A stretch of 57,939 bases of DNA, the filler included, from Sphacelaria rigidula (taxonomy: Eukaryota): assembly GCA_964200075.2 (NCBI GenBank). It is 7 parts of 7 records of this genome, joined end to end, with 100 filler letters (N's around TTAATTAATTAA, not from the genome) between each part and the next. Parts side by side here need not be neighbours in the genome. Positions count along the whole stretch, not along the records: positions 33,167 to 41,357 come from CAXNAA020011971.1; positions 41,458 to 49,648 come from CAXNAA020011972.1; 5 more parts are not named here. One strand, 5' to 3'. Shown one piece after another: positions 37,351-47,382 of this stretch; position 1 is the stretch's first letter; each line of letters opens with the position of its first letter. A program made the position numbers and the translations under genes. The notes under the pieces were generated by a model, which was not told the origin of the DNA, did not search any database, and worked only from the letters and a program-made list of their open reading frames with translations.

Positions 37351-38524
37351 CTGTGGAAGGATACCGGCGTGAAGTCAAACACGGGTGTCATCAATCCGAC
37401 GGTTCATGTGACGACTAGTCATGAGCATCGCGCGATCAAAGAGAGAAAACCAAGTCTTTAGTTCGAAGAGTAAAATACCGGCGTGCAAGTCGGGAAAATC
37501 CGAATATCGATGTATCTCCGCATTTCCGGCACGCTGTCTCTCCCATGCATCGAGTCGAGTCCGTGGTATCAGTTGATCGGGCCATCTCTCTCCAGGTGCA
37601 AACCTCGGGGTGTGGCATTGCGCTTCGCGATTGGTACTTTCGCAAGGCACCCACCTCAAAATCAACTGCTCCTACTAGGATCGTTCTCATGTGTGAAGAC
37701 GTGAAACACACACCAGTTGGGATAATACGAATATACCTAGATGCGGGCTCTTTGGGTTATGGGTATTGGTGGTATGCTCCTTGCACTCTGTGACCACGGG
37801 TTCGAGAAATCGAGCTAATGTGATGGATATAATAATTATAATATAATAAACGTCTGCCGGGAACCGACCATGATTTTTTTTCCGACCCCAAAGTTGTACG
37901 TTGGACCAAACAAATGGAGACCGTGGAAAAGTCGGCCATGAGATTTCTTGGGAATCGCAGGTTTTTCCATCAGTCGGGGAAAAGAATTTGGGAACTCCGT
38001 GTGTGGAAAATGATGTCTTGTTGCTATTCAAGGAGGGTGAGGTGATCACCAGAAACTTCCGTCACTCCACCCGACTGGCATCTCCTTCATTGACTGCTGC
38101 AGATACACCCTCTAAATTCTCGTTCCGACTGTCGGAAAGGGTCAATCCGCACACAACGACTGCATGTTGTGCATCAACGTTTCCTCCCTTGCGTACGTGA
38201 CTTCATGTTGAGCACCTCTAGTACGTACATATCAAGGGATGGCCAGCCTCCTCTCCGACGGAAAATAAAACTTGAGGTGAGATCCCGGAAAAAAAGACGC
38301 GAAAATGCCGCCCGATAAACCCGTATGAGCACTCCGCATAAGACGTTACATCAAAGGAAGGACGAAGCTCCATTTCACTTCCTCTTGGTTTAGTCTCATT
38401 TAAAGTGGGGAATCTGCCATCTGTGACGGGAATGAGGGCATTAAGAATTGCATCGGGTGGGGCGCGACCCACGCTTCACGCCCTGTGTCGAATGTGTGCG
38501 GGCGCGCTAGGTTCAATACCTTAC

Positions 38525-38653
38525 CTGCTTGATGAGGGAGTCCGAGGCAAGGAAGGCGTCGTACTTCTTGGCGAACTTCTTGATCAAGTTCTTGTTTTTG
38601 TTGAACTTCTTCAAGTCCTCCACCGACATGTGGTCGAGCCCGATCTGCTCCGC
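38525..38653 (-). CDS. RPL10A: 60S ribosomal protein uL1/L10a exon
   Basis: aacag| [43 protein letters not shown] |gtaagg. Confidence 0.97.
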
Positions 38654-38984
38654 CTGTTCTCACCTCATCCGGAGGATAGTACACAGTATGACAGTGACGT
38701 GGAAAAAATGTGCGACCAATGATTGGCATGGATAGCGCTGACGATTGGCATGGATAACGCCGACGGCAGATTTGCGAGACATAGATACGGCCTCTCGACA
38801 CTAAACAAAATAATGGGTAGGCAGCAAGGAACGACCCGTTGCTCATACTCGAAATCATCACCAATGCTCCCATTTACCCACAGGAACACGAAATCGATGG
38901 TTGCTCTCAGTGGTTTAGAAACTTGCAACAAATAGCGCATCGCTTTTCGACATATATTTTTCGAGTATCAAGTCAACATGGGGA

Positions 38985-39366
38985 GTGTGTGTTGTGTGTG
39001 TTGTCGACCCATTTATTCTGGACGCCAGTCTACCCCTTTGGGTATATGTGGGCGCATCAGCCGGGGTCACACGGGAGGGAGGTCAACACAGGAGTTTTCC
39101 TCACTGTTTGTTTACAGTACCCCACCTTCCTTTTGCGGTGCTTGCCTTCAATTGAAGCGGTGCTTGCCTTGAATTTTTAGCGCGAGAGGGGTTCAGCAGT
39201 CTTTTTTCCTCGTCGACTGAGTCGAATTTCATGTACCCACGACCTGGTCGCTCTCCACTGTTGGGCATGGTGTGAGAAAAAACCTCCTCGCTCGGAGAAT
39301 CGAACCCCACGACTAAACCAACAGGAGGTGAAGAGGTTACCAACTGAGCCACCAGGGCGATCGGCT
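38985..39366 (-). mobile_element. tRNA-derived SINE family A, full length, intronic
   Basis: A-box TGGCTCAGTTGG, B-box GGTTCGATTC, conserved body and (ACAAC/AC)n tail. Confidence 0.85.
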
Positions 39367-39548
39367 CGGGGAGTACATGTCGATTTCGCACATCCACAGA
39401 AATAGTGAAAACCAGTAGACAATATGCTTCACAATACTGAAATGAGTTCGAGGACAACGGAGCGTTGCCCGTACATCTCAAATGACCACATAATCGAGAC
39501 TTCAACATCAGGACACCATAACTCTTCATCATCAAACAGCAGTCTTAC

Positions 39549-39597
39549 CTGCTCACAGTGGACGGCGTTACCAAGCATGCAGAGCTTCATCCGCGGG
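39549..39597 (-). CDS. RPL10A: 60S ribosomal protein uL1/L10a exon (5'-most exon found; earlier exons not seen in this scaffold)
   Basis: tgcag| (c)PRMKLCMLGNAVHCEQ |gtaaga, 49 nt, in phase with the next exon. Confidence 0.92.
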
Positions 39598-41357
39598 CTG
39601 CAACCGCCCGCCCATGTTGTGGTATCGCGTTGGTGAAACATATCACGGATGGGGTCCAACAGAAAAAGGGACGGATTCATGAGCGTAGGTCACACTTAAC
39701 GCGAGAAATGTAGAGACTGTGCCCCGACCAAGGCGTGGACGGGGCTGTCAACACGCGTTTGAGCAGCTCGATGTTGATACAATGTACAGGACGTGTGGAA
39801 GGAGACTCCACCTTTTCCATACATATATTGTTCCTCTTGCCGAGTTAATCCACGAGTCTATGCCGAAATAAACTGTTGTAAAATGTTCAGGCAGACGGGG
39901 TTTTCGCACGTACATCCCATGCTGTACATCATGTCAAGATTTCATGAAAATCGACCAAAAATTAAGCTGTTGAATCTCGTACTCGTGTCGAAGACTGTTT
40001 GATATGTGGAGATGGGAGCAGCCACGAAAAACTGAAACGCAATCATGCTGTTCAATTCCAAGTAGTTTTCCACATATTTCGACACGATGCGAGTGAGGCA
40101 TGGTATGAAATCCTCACTGTTCCTTCTTGATTTTTTATTTAATGAGTCGTCGACGCCCTTGTACCAGGAGAAATTGTTTCGGAATCCAAATCACCAATCA
40201 GTGACCCAGGGAGAAAAGAGGGGGGAGAAATTGTAGGGGCTCTCCACATACACCTCATGTTCGTAGTCAAAATTCCATGGAAAAAAACTCGAAATTCAGG
40301 AGTGAAATCGCGTGTTCACGTCGAGAATTGCTTCGATTGTTTTCAGAGTACAACAATCTCAGCCGCAGAGTTGATGTTTTCAACAAGCGCGACACCTTGG
40401 CGCACTGGAGGTCTCGACTGCGTGCCAGTTCAGACCCTGCGCGCCCACAGTACAAACCTTGTTGTACGACAAAACCTAGTGCAGCACCATCACTTTACGG
40501 CCGCGGCACACCTGACTGTAAGCGTAAACGCAATTTCAGCGGTTTTCCCCCGAGTTCCGCCGCCCGTGACACCCTCAACTCTCCACACTCCGCAGCTGAC
40601 TACAGTTCGGTATTTCGGTTTACGGGAACTTGTCAGATCGCAGCGCTACGTGAAGACGCGCGTTGATTCGCAGATCACCACGATGTACCATAGCGTTTTT
40701 TGAAAAATGAAATATGGTTAGTTAGAACCGGCCGAAAGAAAGTCCGCTCCTCGGGTGGCCCAGCCTATTGCAATGAATGAAAACCCCAGCTGATGCTCAC
40801 ACACCATGCCTTGATTTGTGAATCCAAAATTACGAGTCCAATTGACCATAGTTTGTCGATTACACGCAGCGATGCAATTAATATAGCGAGGCATGGCTCC
40901 CTCGATCCGTTCATGGACTGCTCTCGTGTGCCTCGGAACCAGGACGAGACGTATATACACGGAATCAACGTTCATGCTGTCATGTGGACGCGGATTTCAA
41001 TCATCACCACAACGCCACCAAAAATTACGGTTAATGCGGATTCTACGCAATTACGTTTGTTGATCGCAGCGCCCCGACGATGAGGTGCTGGTCGACTGCT
41101 GATTCAGTCGTCACCAGAGCAAAAACAGTCCTGATCTGTGTATCAGAGTACCACCAAACTATACCCGAAGACAGAAAGGGACGTCGAACTCGGGAGACTG
41201 CATCTAGCTCATGATGACAGGTACAGAGGGGAACGTCATGTCCATATCCAGGTACTAGTTGCCCTTCATCTTCGGTGGGGGGGGGGGGGGGGACTTCAAC
41301 ACCACAAGCACGTACCGCGTGTAACAAGTGATTATTTTTTCGAGGGCTCTGCCCACC

Positions 41358-41457
41358 NNNNNNNNNNNNNNNNNNNNNNNNNNNNNNNNNNNNNNNNNNN
41401 NTTAATTAATTAANNNNNNNNNNNNNNNNNNNNNNNNNNNNNNNNNNNNNNNNNNNN
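41358..41457. other. Artificial scaffold-concatenation spacer
   Basis: Same 100-nt layout. Confidence 0.97.
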
Positions 41458-41544
41458 CCTACAATGTCCCCTAGCTCGACTCTGTACACGAGTCACCCTA
41501 CCCATCCGGGCGTCGGTCCTCAGGGGAGTACTGTATATCAAGAC

Positions 41545-41660
41545 GGAATACTGTCTATAGATGAAGGCGCGGGGTACAGGTAGGACATATGATTGAAATA
41601 AGGGAAAAAGAAGCGCTCAGACGCAAGGTAGACGAGAAAGAACATCTGGAGATATACGGG
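41545..41660 (+). mobile_element. Internal fragment of the LINE family seen at 53-57 kb
   Basis: Similar to 56690-56800 (gaaggcgcggggtaca..agcgctcagacgcaaggta..gaacatct). Confidence 0.6.
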
Positions 41661-41784
41661 GTGGGTGGGGGGGTGTTGTTATGATTCTGCTTGCCATAGT
41701 CGTGAGACCATTGACGAGTTGGGGGGGGGGGGGCGTGTGTCCATGATCATTCCTGCCTTAGTCGTGGGGACGTTGGGCTCCCAT

Positions 41785-41976
41785 CCCCTCAAAGCCGGGC
41801 CGGNNNNNNNNNNAGTCGCATGAAGGGTGAGCTGCATCCTGCTGAGATTGTTCCACCCGAAGCCTACTGATGATCGTGCATTTGGATGACAGCATCCAAT
41901 AAGTTGCTTGTTGTCTGGTAGCGCCACTTCCTGGGACAGCCACGGCTTACACACTGCCTCATGGGTGTCTCACCAG
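41785..41976 (-). mobile_element. ~465-nt structured repeat, partial copy between LINE-tail segments
   Basis: Reverse complement of tggtgagacacccatgagg...atgcgact..ggctttg; LINE-tail-like DNA at 41985-42065 and 41680-41785. Confidence 0.85.
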
Positions 41977-41984
41977 TGTTTGGG

Positions 41985-42065
41985 GAGGGGGGCGTACTCA
42001 TTTGTTGCTTGCCTTAGTCGTTTGACCATTGACCACGCATCCCTTTCGAGACGGAGCACCGTTCC
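41985..42065 (-). mobile_element. 5'-truncated LINE 3' end
   Basis: Reverse complement of gctccgtctcgaaagggatgcgtggtcaatggtcaaacgactaaggcaagcaacaaatgagtacgccccc (compare 57255-57325). Confidence 0.8.
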
Positions 42066-42979
42066 TGCTCCTAATAAAAGAGGGGGGGGGGAGGGTGCAC
42101 TTGAAGCATTATATGGATTCGTTGACAGGAATATGGTTGGTTGGTTCACTGATTTATTGATCTAATGATTTATAGGTCTCTTGACTGTTGTATTGTCGCA
42201 CGTTAATCGTCTAAGAAAAAAGGACAAGAGGCATGTATGCTTTTAGTCGATTTGCGCTTGGATATGTGGGTGCTCCCGTAAACATGTGATTGTGTTTATT
42301 CTGTCACCTTGCTCATGTGCGCGTTTCTTGTTAGGTATTTTTCATTTTACAACCGTACACATGGACTTGTGTGTTTCTATCGAAGTGCAAGTGTACATTT
42401 GGGTGTATGCGTGTACAGAGATAATCATGCACTTTGTTGGATAGTAGGGTGTAGCTTTGCACTTGGTTTTGTATGTTTTATCAACTTGCGTTTAGATACG
42501 TGGGCAAAGCCACACGCACGTGTTTTTTTACGCCGGCGTACATTCTTGCTGAGTATACAATCCGTCGTTTTTCCTTCTTTTCCGATCTCCGTTGGTATGT
42601 CGGCGTTACGAACGCTATCTATTCGAACGTTCGATTTCGCTGCCTCCGTGGATACGCCAAAGCTTCCCTCACGTTTTCGTGTAATAAGTGTATATCGAGT
42701 CAATGTCGGCTCCCGCCACCCTTCTCGGTCATGGGGTGCTTCTAGTGCTTTGGGGTTTGAGTGAGTAGACACAGACAGACACAGACACAGACAGAGAAAA
42801 AAAGAGACAGAGAGTCCATACCTGTGCCACTCCCTTCCCTCCTTCCCCTGCACCTCTCACGCTATCCGTACCATCCTCACGCTGTCTGTGCAATCTTCCC
42901 CTAGCATGTAAGAGTTTTTCTTGTCAATATTACATTGAATAACAGCTGCACGGATGTCAAATGGTACATTTAATTGCCT

Positions 42980-43310
42980 TTTTTTTTCGTTTTTTTTCGC
43001 CAAACTTCCAGCCCCCCTCCTTCCTCAGGACCAGTCCGTGGTCTAAATCAACCCATTTCCCCCCCCCCCCCACCCCGATGCACTGTTTGAATGTTAATAT
43101 CAAGGATTTGGACCAGCACTACTTCCGCATCGCGTCTACTTTTTTCGACTTGAAAAAACGTTTGCTGCTGTTGTCCTCATGTCTTGTACGATGGGGAATC
43201 AGATACTTCACCGGGAAATGATCCAAATCCACCTGTCGGGTTTCGAACCTCCTATCTTCCTCCCTGACGGATTTTAGTTGTAACGCTCACACCACTGAGG
43301 GGCGGCACTT
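42980..43310 (-). mobile_element. Diverged SINE family B copy
   Basis: T-rich tail, cagcactacttccgcatcgcgtc body and B-box (ggttcgaaaccc on -). Confidence 0.5.
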
Positions 43311-43611
43311 ACGCAAACAGTGAAAATACCTTGTGCACGCCCATCTTGCAACCACTGCTGGGTTCGTACTGTATCACTACACGTCGGACGATGAGTCAAG
43401 AAATCAATCAACAGATGGAGCAATCAGTCCATCAGCCTGATTTTTGTGTACGAGACGTTCGATTACAATACGACCGTGTCGCACGACGTCTCGGCCAGAT
43501 GTGTCTGTGACTCAAAGTGCGCATTATGAGTGGCGGATCTTGACCACAACCCCGCGTCCTCTCCCCTACGCACTCCCATGCTTGTTGATGCTCTGGACCC
43601 CACGCTTGCAG

Positions 43612-43811
43612 CAATTTTCCCGGAAATTCGTCGAAAACTTGCGGCTGTGCTGATCCACTGGGATCCTTCCGACCCTTCGGCTTACCGCATGCTCTCGCCG
43701 TGGAAGACCGTGTTCGACTCCCGCAGCATGGAGGCCTTGTTGCTGAAGTCTATCGTGCCCAAGCTGGCGGAGCGTGTCAGAACTTCTCTCGTCATCAATC
43801 CTGCTGACCAG
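43612..43811 (+). CDS. TFIP11: Exon of TFIP11/Ntr1/STIP-like spliceosome disassembly factor (GCFC domain)
   Basis: ttgcag| IFPEIRRKLAAVLIHWDPSDPSAYRMLSPWKTVFDSRSMEALLLKSIVPKLAERVRTSLVINPADQ |gtacgg matches the TFIP11 IR.KL...L..W.PSD.SA...L.PWK.VF...IVPKL...INP..Q block; neighbouring exons not found. Confidence 0.88.
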
Positions 43812-43984
43812 GTACGGCTGAGTAAGATACAAGTCTTTCAGTCCTATTGATAGCTAATACTACGACGCTACACCAGTCTGTCACAACGATGTGTCCAGGG
43901 GGATGCGTTATTGTTCATGTGCGACAATCAAGCAATCAAACAGTCGGTCAGTATGTGCTGTGTGATTGTCTTCAATCTTTCCTG

Positions 43985-44319
43985 CATGCCAGTTTACACC
44001 TCCCGGTATATGTGGGCGCGGCAACCGGGGTTACACAGGAGAAAGGCCAACACAGAAGTTTTCCCCTTTTTATTTCGTTCTAGTCCTTCAACTGCATACC
44101 GTGGTGCTTGCCCTTTTTCTATCGCGAGAGGGGTTCAGCCAACCCTTTCTCTCGTTAACCGTGAGGTCGAATTTTGTGTGCCCACGACATAGTCGCTCTC
44201 CACTGCTGGGCATAGTGTGAGAAACAATCCCAGATCGTGTGACTGGACCGAGTTTCAAACCCATTACCCAACGGTCAGAGAGTTTCGAGGTTACCAACCG
44301 AGCCACGGGGGCGACCGAC
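43985..44319 (-). mobile_element. SINE family A copy
   Basis: Head gtcggtcgcccccgtggctcggttggtaacctcg on -, and family body. Confidence 0.8.
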
Positions 44320-44332
44320 TCAAATGGTTGAC

Positions 44333-44698
44333 ACTGTGTGTGTGTTGTGTTGTCATCCCATCTATTCTGGACGCCGGTCTACTCCTTTCGGTATATGTGG
44401 GCGCATCAGGCAGGATCACACAGGAGAAAGGTCCACACAGGAGATTTTTCTTTTTGTTTGTTTATCGTACCCCACCTTCCTTCTGCGGTGCTTGCCTTTT
44501 TTTTCAAATGCGAGAGGGGTTCAGCAGCCCCTTTCCCTCGTCGACCGTTGAGTCGAATGTTGTGTACCCACGACATGGTCGCTCTACACTGTTGGGCATG
44601 GTGTGAGAAGAAATCCCAGATCGCTCCGAGATTTGAACCCACGACCCAACCGTCACAAGGTTTCGAGGTTTCCAACTGAGCCACCGGGGCGATCGGCT
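44333..44698 (-). mobile_element. SINE family A copy, full length, tandem with the previous copy
   Basis: A-box TGGCTCAGTTGG, B-box-like ggttcaaatc and ACAAC tail. Confidence 0.85.
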
Positions 44699-45011
44699 CT
44701 ATTTATATTATTTGATACTCGTCTGCCAGAGTTGTTCAATAATACCAGCACCACTGTAGTCCGTCAAAACTATCATCTTTGAATGACGTTGAACAGGTAT
44801 GGTGTCGCTAGTACTGTACTTGAGTGGAGTATCATGCAGAGAAGTGCAATGGGTAACAATATTGAAGCTTTGCTGAGTAGCGCAATTGGAGTGCTGGAAA
44901 ATAAGTAGCAAGCGAAAGGGTTTGTTTATTCATGCTCACCAGGTGGTCTCATGTGAGTTCTCGTCACTGTAGCATTATCGCGATCCCACAAAGTACCCCC
45001 ACCCCCCAGTA

Positions 45012-45900
45012 CCCCCGATGAGGTTGGCGTCGGTTGGCGATGACGCTATAAAACGCGCCACTCACTGCGTAAGCTAGGCAACCACGTATCCGTTTTTTTT
45101 TGGGCGCTTGCATTTTTTTTGCGGTAACCATGGTGGTAGTCGAGCTAAATCATGTTGTGCGAGGTGGGAGAACCTCAACTCCGCACACTGAGGATGGTCG
45201 TACCACGCAGTGTTTCAATGGTGAGACACCTATGAGGCAGCAGTGTATGAGCCGTGGTCGTCTCAGGAAGTAGCGATATCAGAAAAAAAAGCAACTCATT
45301 GTAGGCTGTCATCCAATTGCAAGACATTCAGTAGGCTCCGGGCTGAACAGGAATGTAGCTCACCCTTCATGCGACTCGCCGAACACACCACGGCGCTTCG
45401 CGCTTGGCGATTGAGTGCGAGCCTCAGCCTGGTCCGGCGAAAACCCGGCGTGCTCCGTCCCGGCTTTGTAGGGGCAGACCCCCGATGGGGTTGGCGTCAA
45501 TTGGCGATAGCGCTACAAAATACGCCACTCACGGCGTAAGCTCGGCAACCAGGTCACCGTTTGTTTTTTACGCGCTTGCGGTTTTTTTGCGGTAACCATC
45601 ATGGTAATCGAGCTAAATCATGCTGTGCGGCGTGGGAGAACCACAACTCCGCACAATGGGGATGATCGTACTACGTAGTGTTTACATAGTGAGACATTCA
45701 TGAGGCAGTGTATCATAGCTGTCCCAGGAAGTGGCGATACCAGAAAATAAAGTAACCCATTGGAGGCTGTCATCCGAATGCAAGATAATCAGTGGGCTTC
45801 GGACAGAACAATCTTAGCAGNNNNNNNNNNGATGCAGCTCACCCTTCATGCGACTCGCCGAACACACCACGGCACTTCGCGCTTGGTGATTGAGTGCGAG
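45012..45900 (+). mobile_element. ~465-nt structured repeat, head-to-tail ~1.9-mer
   Basis: Period 467 (ccccgatg at 45013 and 45480); followed by a LINE-tail-like segment at 45901-45980. Confidence 0.9.
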
Positions 45901-45984
45901 GTCAATGGTCTGATGACTATGGCATGCATGATCATGAGTACACCCCCTACCCATGAGTGATCATGAGTACACCCCCATCTCCAT

Positions 45985-46235
45985 GGCATGGAATCGTTTG
46001 ATGCATTAGATGGCGAGAAAACGATGGCTACACTAGAAGATGAGAGAGTGGCCACAGACGGCGAAACAGGACGGGGATAGGATACATAATTGATTTTTGT
46101 GTATTGTATGGAAGAAGCGTAATGAGCATCTAAATGTTGGAAGTGTCTCTGTCAAGAGTAGGAACGGTGCGCCATCTCGAAAGGGATGCGTGGTCAAACG
46201 ACCAAGGCAAGCAACAAATGGGTACGCCCCTCCAC
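45985..46235 (+). mobile_element. 5'-truncated LINE 3' fragment
   Basis: Similar to 57072-57325 (atcgtttgat.cattaga..acgatggcta..tggccaca..tctcgaaaggg..aaggcaagcaa). Confidence 0.8.
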
Positions 46236-47332
46236 TTCAGAACCAACAAACACGCACGAAGGGAGTGCCTATCAGCGCTTCTGCTTGAATTCTTTCTTAT
46301 TTTTTCGAAATGGCTCGTAGCAATAGATACCCGGAACAAGTTTGTGGCGATGATGGCTTGAGCAATCCCGGCTGATTCTCGTATGTTAACATGCGTCTTT
46401 TTTTTGTCTACTATCATGACACTGATTTCTTGTTCCTTGTTTTGCCGTTTTTGCTTTTTGCTTCCGCCGCTCGCTTTATATATTTTGACGCTCATCTTGT
46501 GCACGCCCAGACGAGGTCCGACAGTGACGAGCGCGGTGGTGGTGCTGCATCCCCCGTAGATCTCACTTGACTTTCTTGTAGTTCCTTCTCCCCTTAGTTT
46601 GATGGGAAGAGGGCACACCGGCAGGCGTACACGCTGCCGGCCGTGTCTACGAAAAATGACAAGCCCGATCTTGATATTGTTCTTGAAGCCCCAAGCACCG
46701 TTTTGCACCACCACTAGTGATGGCTGAAGTACGGGCAAGAAAATTCTGGCGGCGCTTTGTTCTGTTTATTTGTTGAGGTCCGGACGAGTATTCGAAGCGA
46801 AGAAAGTGAGACGGTTAAGAGTAAAGCGGTTGTTGTTTTGTGGGCTTGTAGAGGGCATGCAGCATCATATTATGGGATTCTTTTTTTTCGTGGGGAGCTG
46901 CGCCTTGTTGTCGCGAGAGCGGTCCGAGGTAGGGGGAGCGGGAAGGGAGGGGGGTGGGGGTGGGGGGATGATAGCTGCATCAAGGGCTTGATTTTGGTTG
47001 AAGGATAGTAGTCAGTTAACTGGGAGAGAGGAGGGGAGGACCGACGGGACGAGATGCCCGGTATATCTTTCCGCTTACAGAGTGTGTTGGTGACGCGAAG
47101 GGTTTCGTTTTTTTTTTTTTTCTTGTAAAACTGGGTCCCGCAGCAACTGGTGGAAAGCATTCTATTTACTGTAGGCTAGAACCTGTTACGGCTGTCAGTG
47201 TACGTACCACGCAACCGCAGTAGCGACAGCAGAGGGCGCAGATCAACCTTTCATGTGGGGACAGTCTGTGGTGCACGAATATGGCGATTGGAATAGGCGA
47301 AAAAGTTTTTCTCTTTCGGAGAATGATTGCCG

Positions 47333-47382
<50 letters not shown>

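Noticed and set aside
39295-39366. tRNA genes at SINE heads (also 8293, 18185, 44250, 44630)
   Set aside because: A and B boxes are present but there is no closed acceptor stem, and each continues into a shared SINE body.
41867-41900. Hammerhead ribozyme in the 465-nt unit (CTGATGA)
   Set aside because: No stem II followed by GAAA and no compatible NUH/stem III in any topology I tried.
44355-44420. Hammerhead in the SINE A tail (CTGATGC...GAAA on -)
   Set aside because: The core is CTGATGC rather than CTGANGA, and the GAAA is the tetraloop of a simple tatacc/gg.gta hairpin.
46260-46361. Next TFIP11 exon (LSALLLEFFLIFSKWL)
   Set aside because: Superficial similarity only; there is no suitable phase-0 acceptor and it directly follows a LINE tail.
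46130-46738. 202-aa minus-strand ORF as a host gene
   Set aside because: Its 3' end overlaps an antisense LINE tail and no family is recognisable; it may be a retroelement remnant but cannot be supported.
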